From NCBI GenBank assembly GCA_009103225.1, contig RHPI01002402.1:1042366-1106365 (forward strand): a DNA stretch of 64,000 bases. Reading direction: 5' to 3'. Within the stretch, counting starts at the first letter, position 1. Every line of letters starts with the position of its first letter. Position numbers and translations under genes: made by a program. Under the pieces are notes generated by a model that worked only from the letters and a program-made list of their open reading frames with translations, did no database searches and was not told the DNA's origin. The stretch is from Chlorokybus atmophyticus (taxonomy: Eukaryota; Plantae; Mesostigma and Chlorokybus algae). Shown one piece after another: positions 63,717 to 64,000 of this stretch.

Positions 63717-64000
63717 TGGCACATCTTGCGAGAAGTTGTGGTCGTAAGAGTTCAAGCAGCGAAGCCAGCTACTACCGGTCGCCACGTCATGGATCATGGC
63801 AGGCGTCAGCAATGGGGCTGTCCAACATGCATCACCAACATTGGACAAACCAGCAGGCAAGCCATTAAAGACCATCGTCACACAGAGAGCTGCTTGGTGG
63901 CTCGCTTTCTGCAAAAGGGAGTGGATCAGGAGCTGCAGTCCTTGGAGCCCCTTGTCAGAACCATGCGGGACCAGTTGCGGCTGTGGGAACAAGCACAAAG
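63590..64000 (+). CDS. Gene Z: partial zinc-finger-like reading frame running off the window
   Basis: The frame is open from 63663 to 64000: EAEDQESE-(A)10-WHILREV...WGCPTCITNIGQTSRQAIKDHRHTESC...; there is a TAG at 63660. It is not in the ORF track, and no clear start was found. Confidence 0.5.

Noticed and set aside
1-64000. Non-standard genetic code (TAA/TAG = Gln), suggested by stops where Gln fits in transposon ORFs
   Set aside because: Conserved host genes end in TAG or TAA at the expected C-termini (PPase, PIG-V, CHY/RING, signal peptidase), so these are ordinary nonsense mutations.

Overview
Eukaryotic, intron-rich DNA of about 50% GC with short GT-AG introns and plant-like gene products. 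It is most compatible with a green alga or streptophyte alga (inference; the species cannot be identified). The window has two halves. (1) About 1-29.8 kb is gene-dense host DNA: vacuolar H+-pyrophosphatase, ATG1 kinase, a DUF179/UPF0301-like gene spanning an N gap, a type I signal peptidase, UPF3, PIG-V and a CHY/RING E3 ligase, plus one decayed RT + restriction-like-endonuclease non-LTR relic. (2) About 30-64 kb is a nested transposon field: two PHD-finger Ty3/gypsy relics, two Ty3/gypsy elements (one a near-intact chromovirus pol), an OTU-protease gene, an interstitial TTAGGG tract and a truncated Ty1/copia. The most interesting structure lies at 49.5-64 kb. It is an apparently tandemly repeated ~11 kb composite unit containing a Plavaka-type transposase, a convergent Tudor + C5-cytosine DNA methyltransferase gene and further spliced accessory genes. 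These genes sit as two divergent pairs, and both intergenic regions carry palindromes of the same TCGTACCAT motif. All calls come from reading motifs and splice sites by eye; no searches were run.
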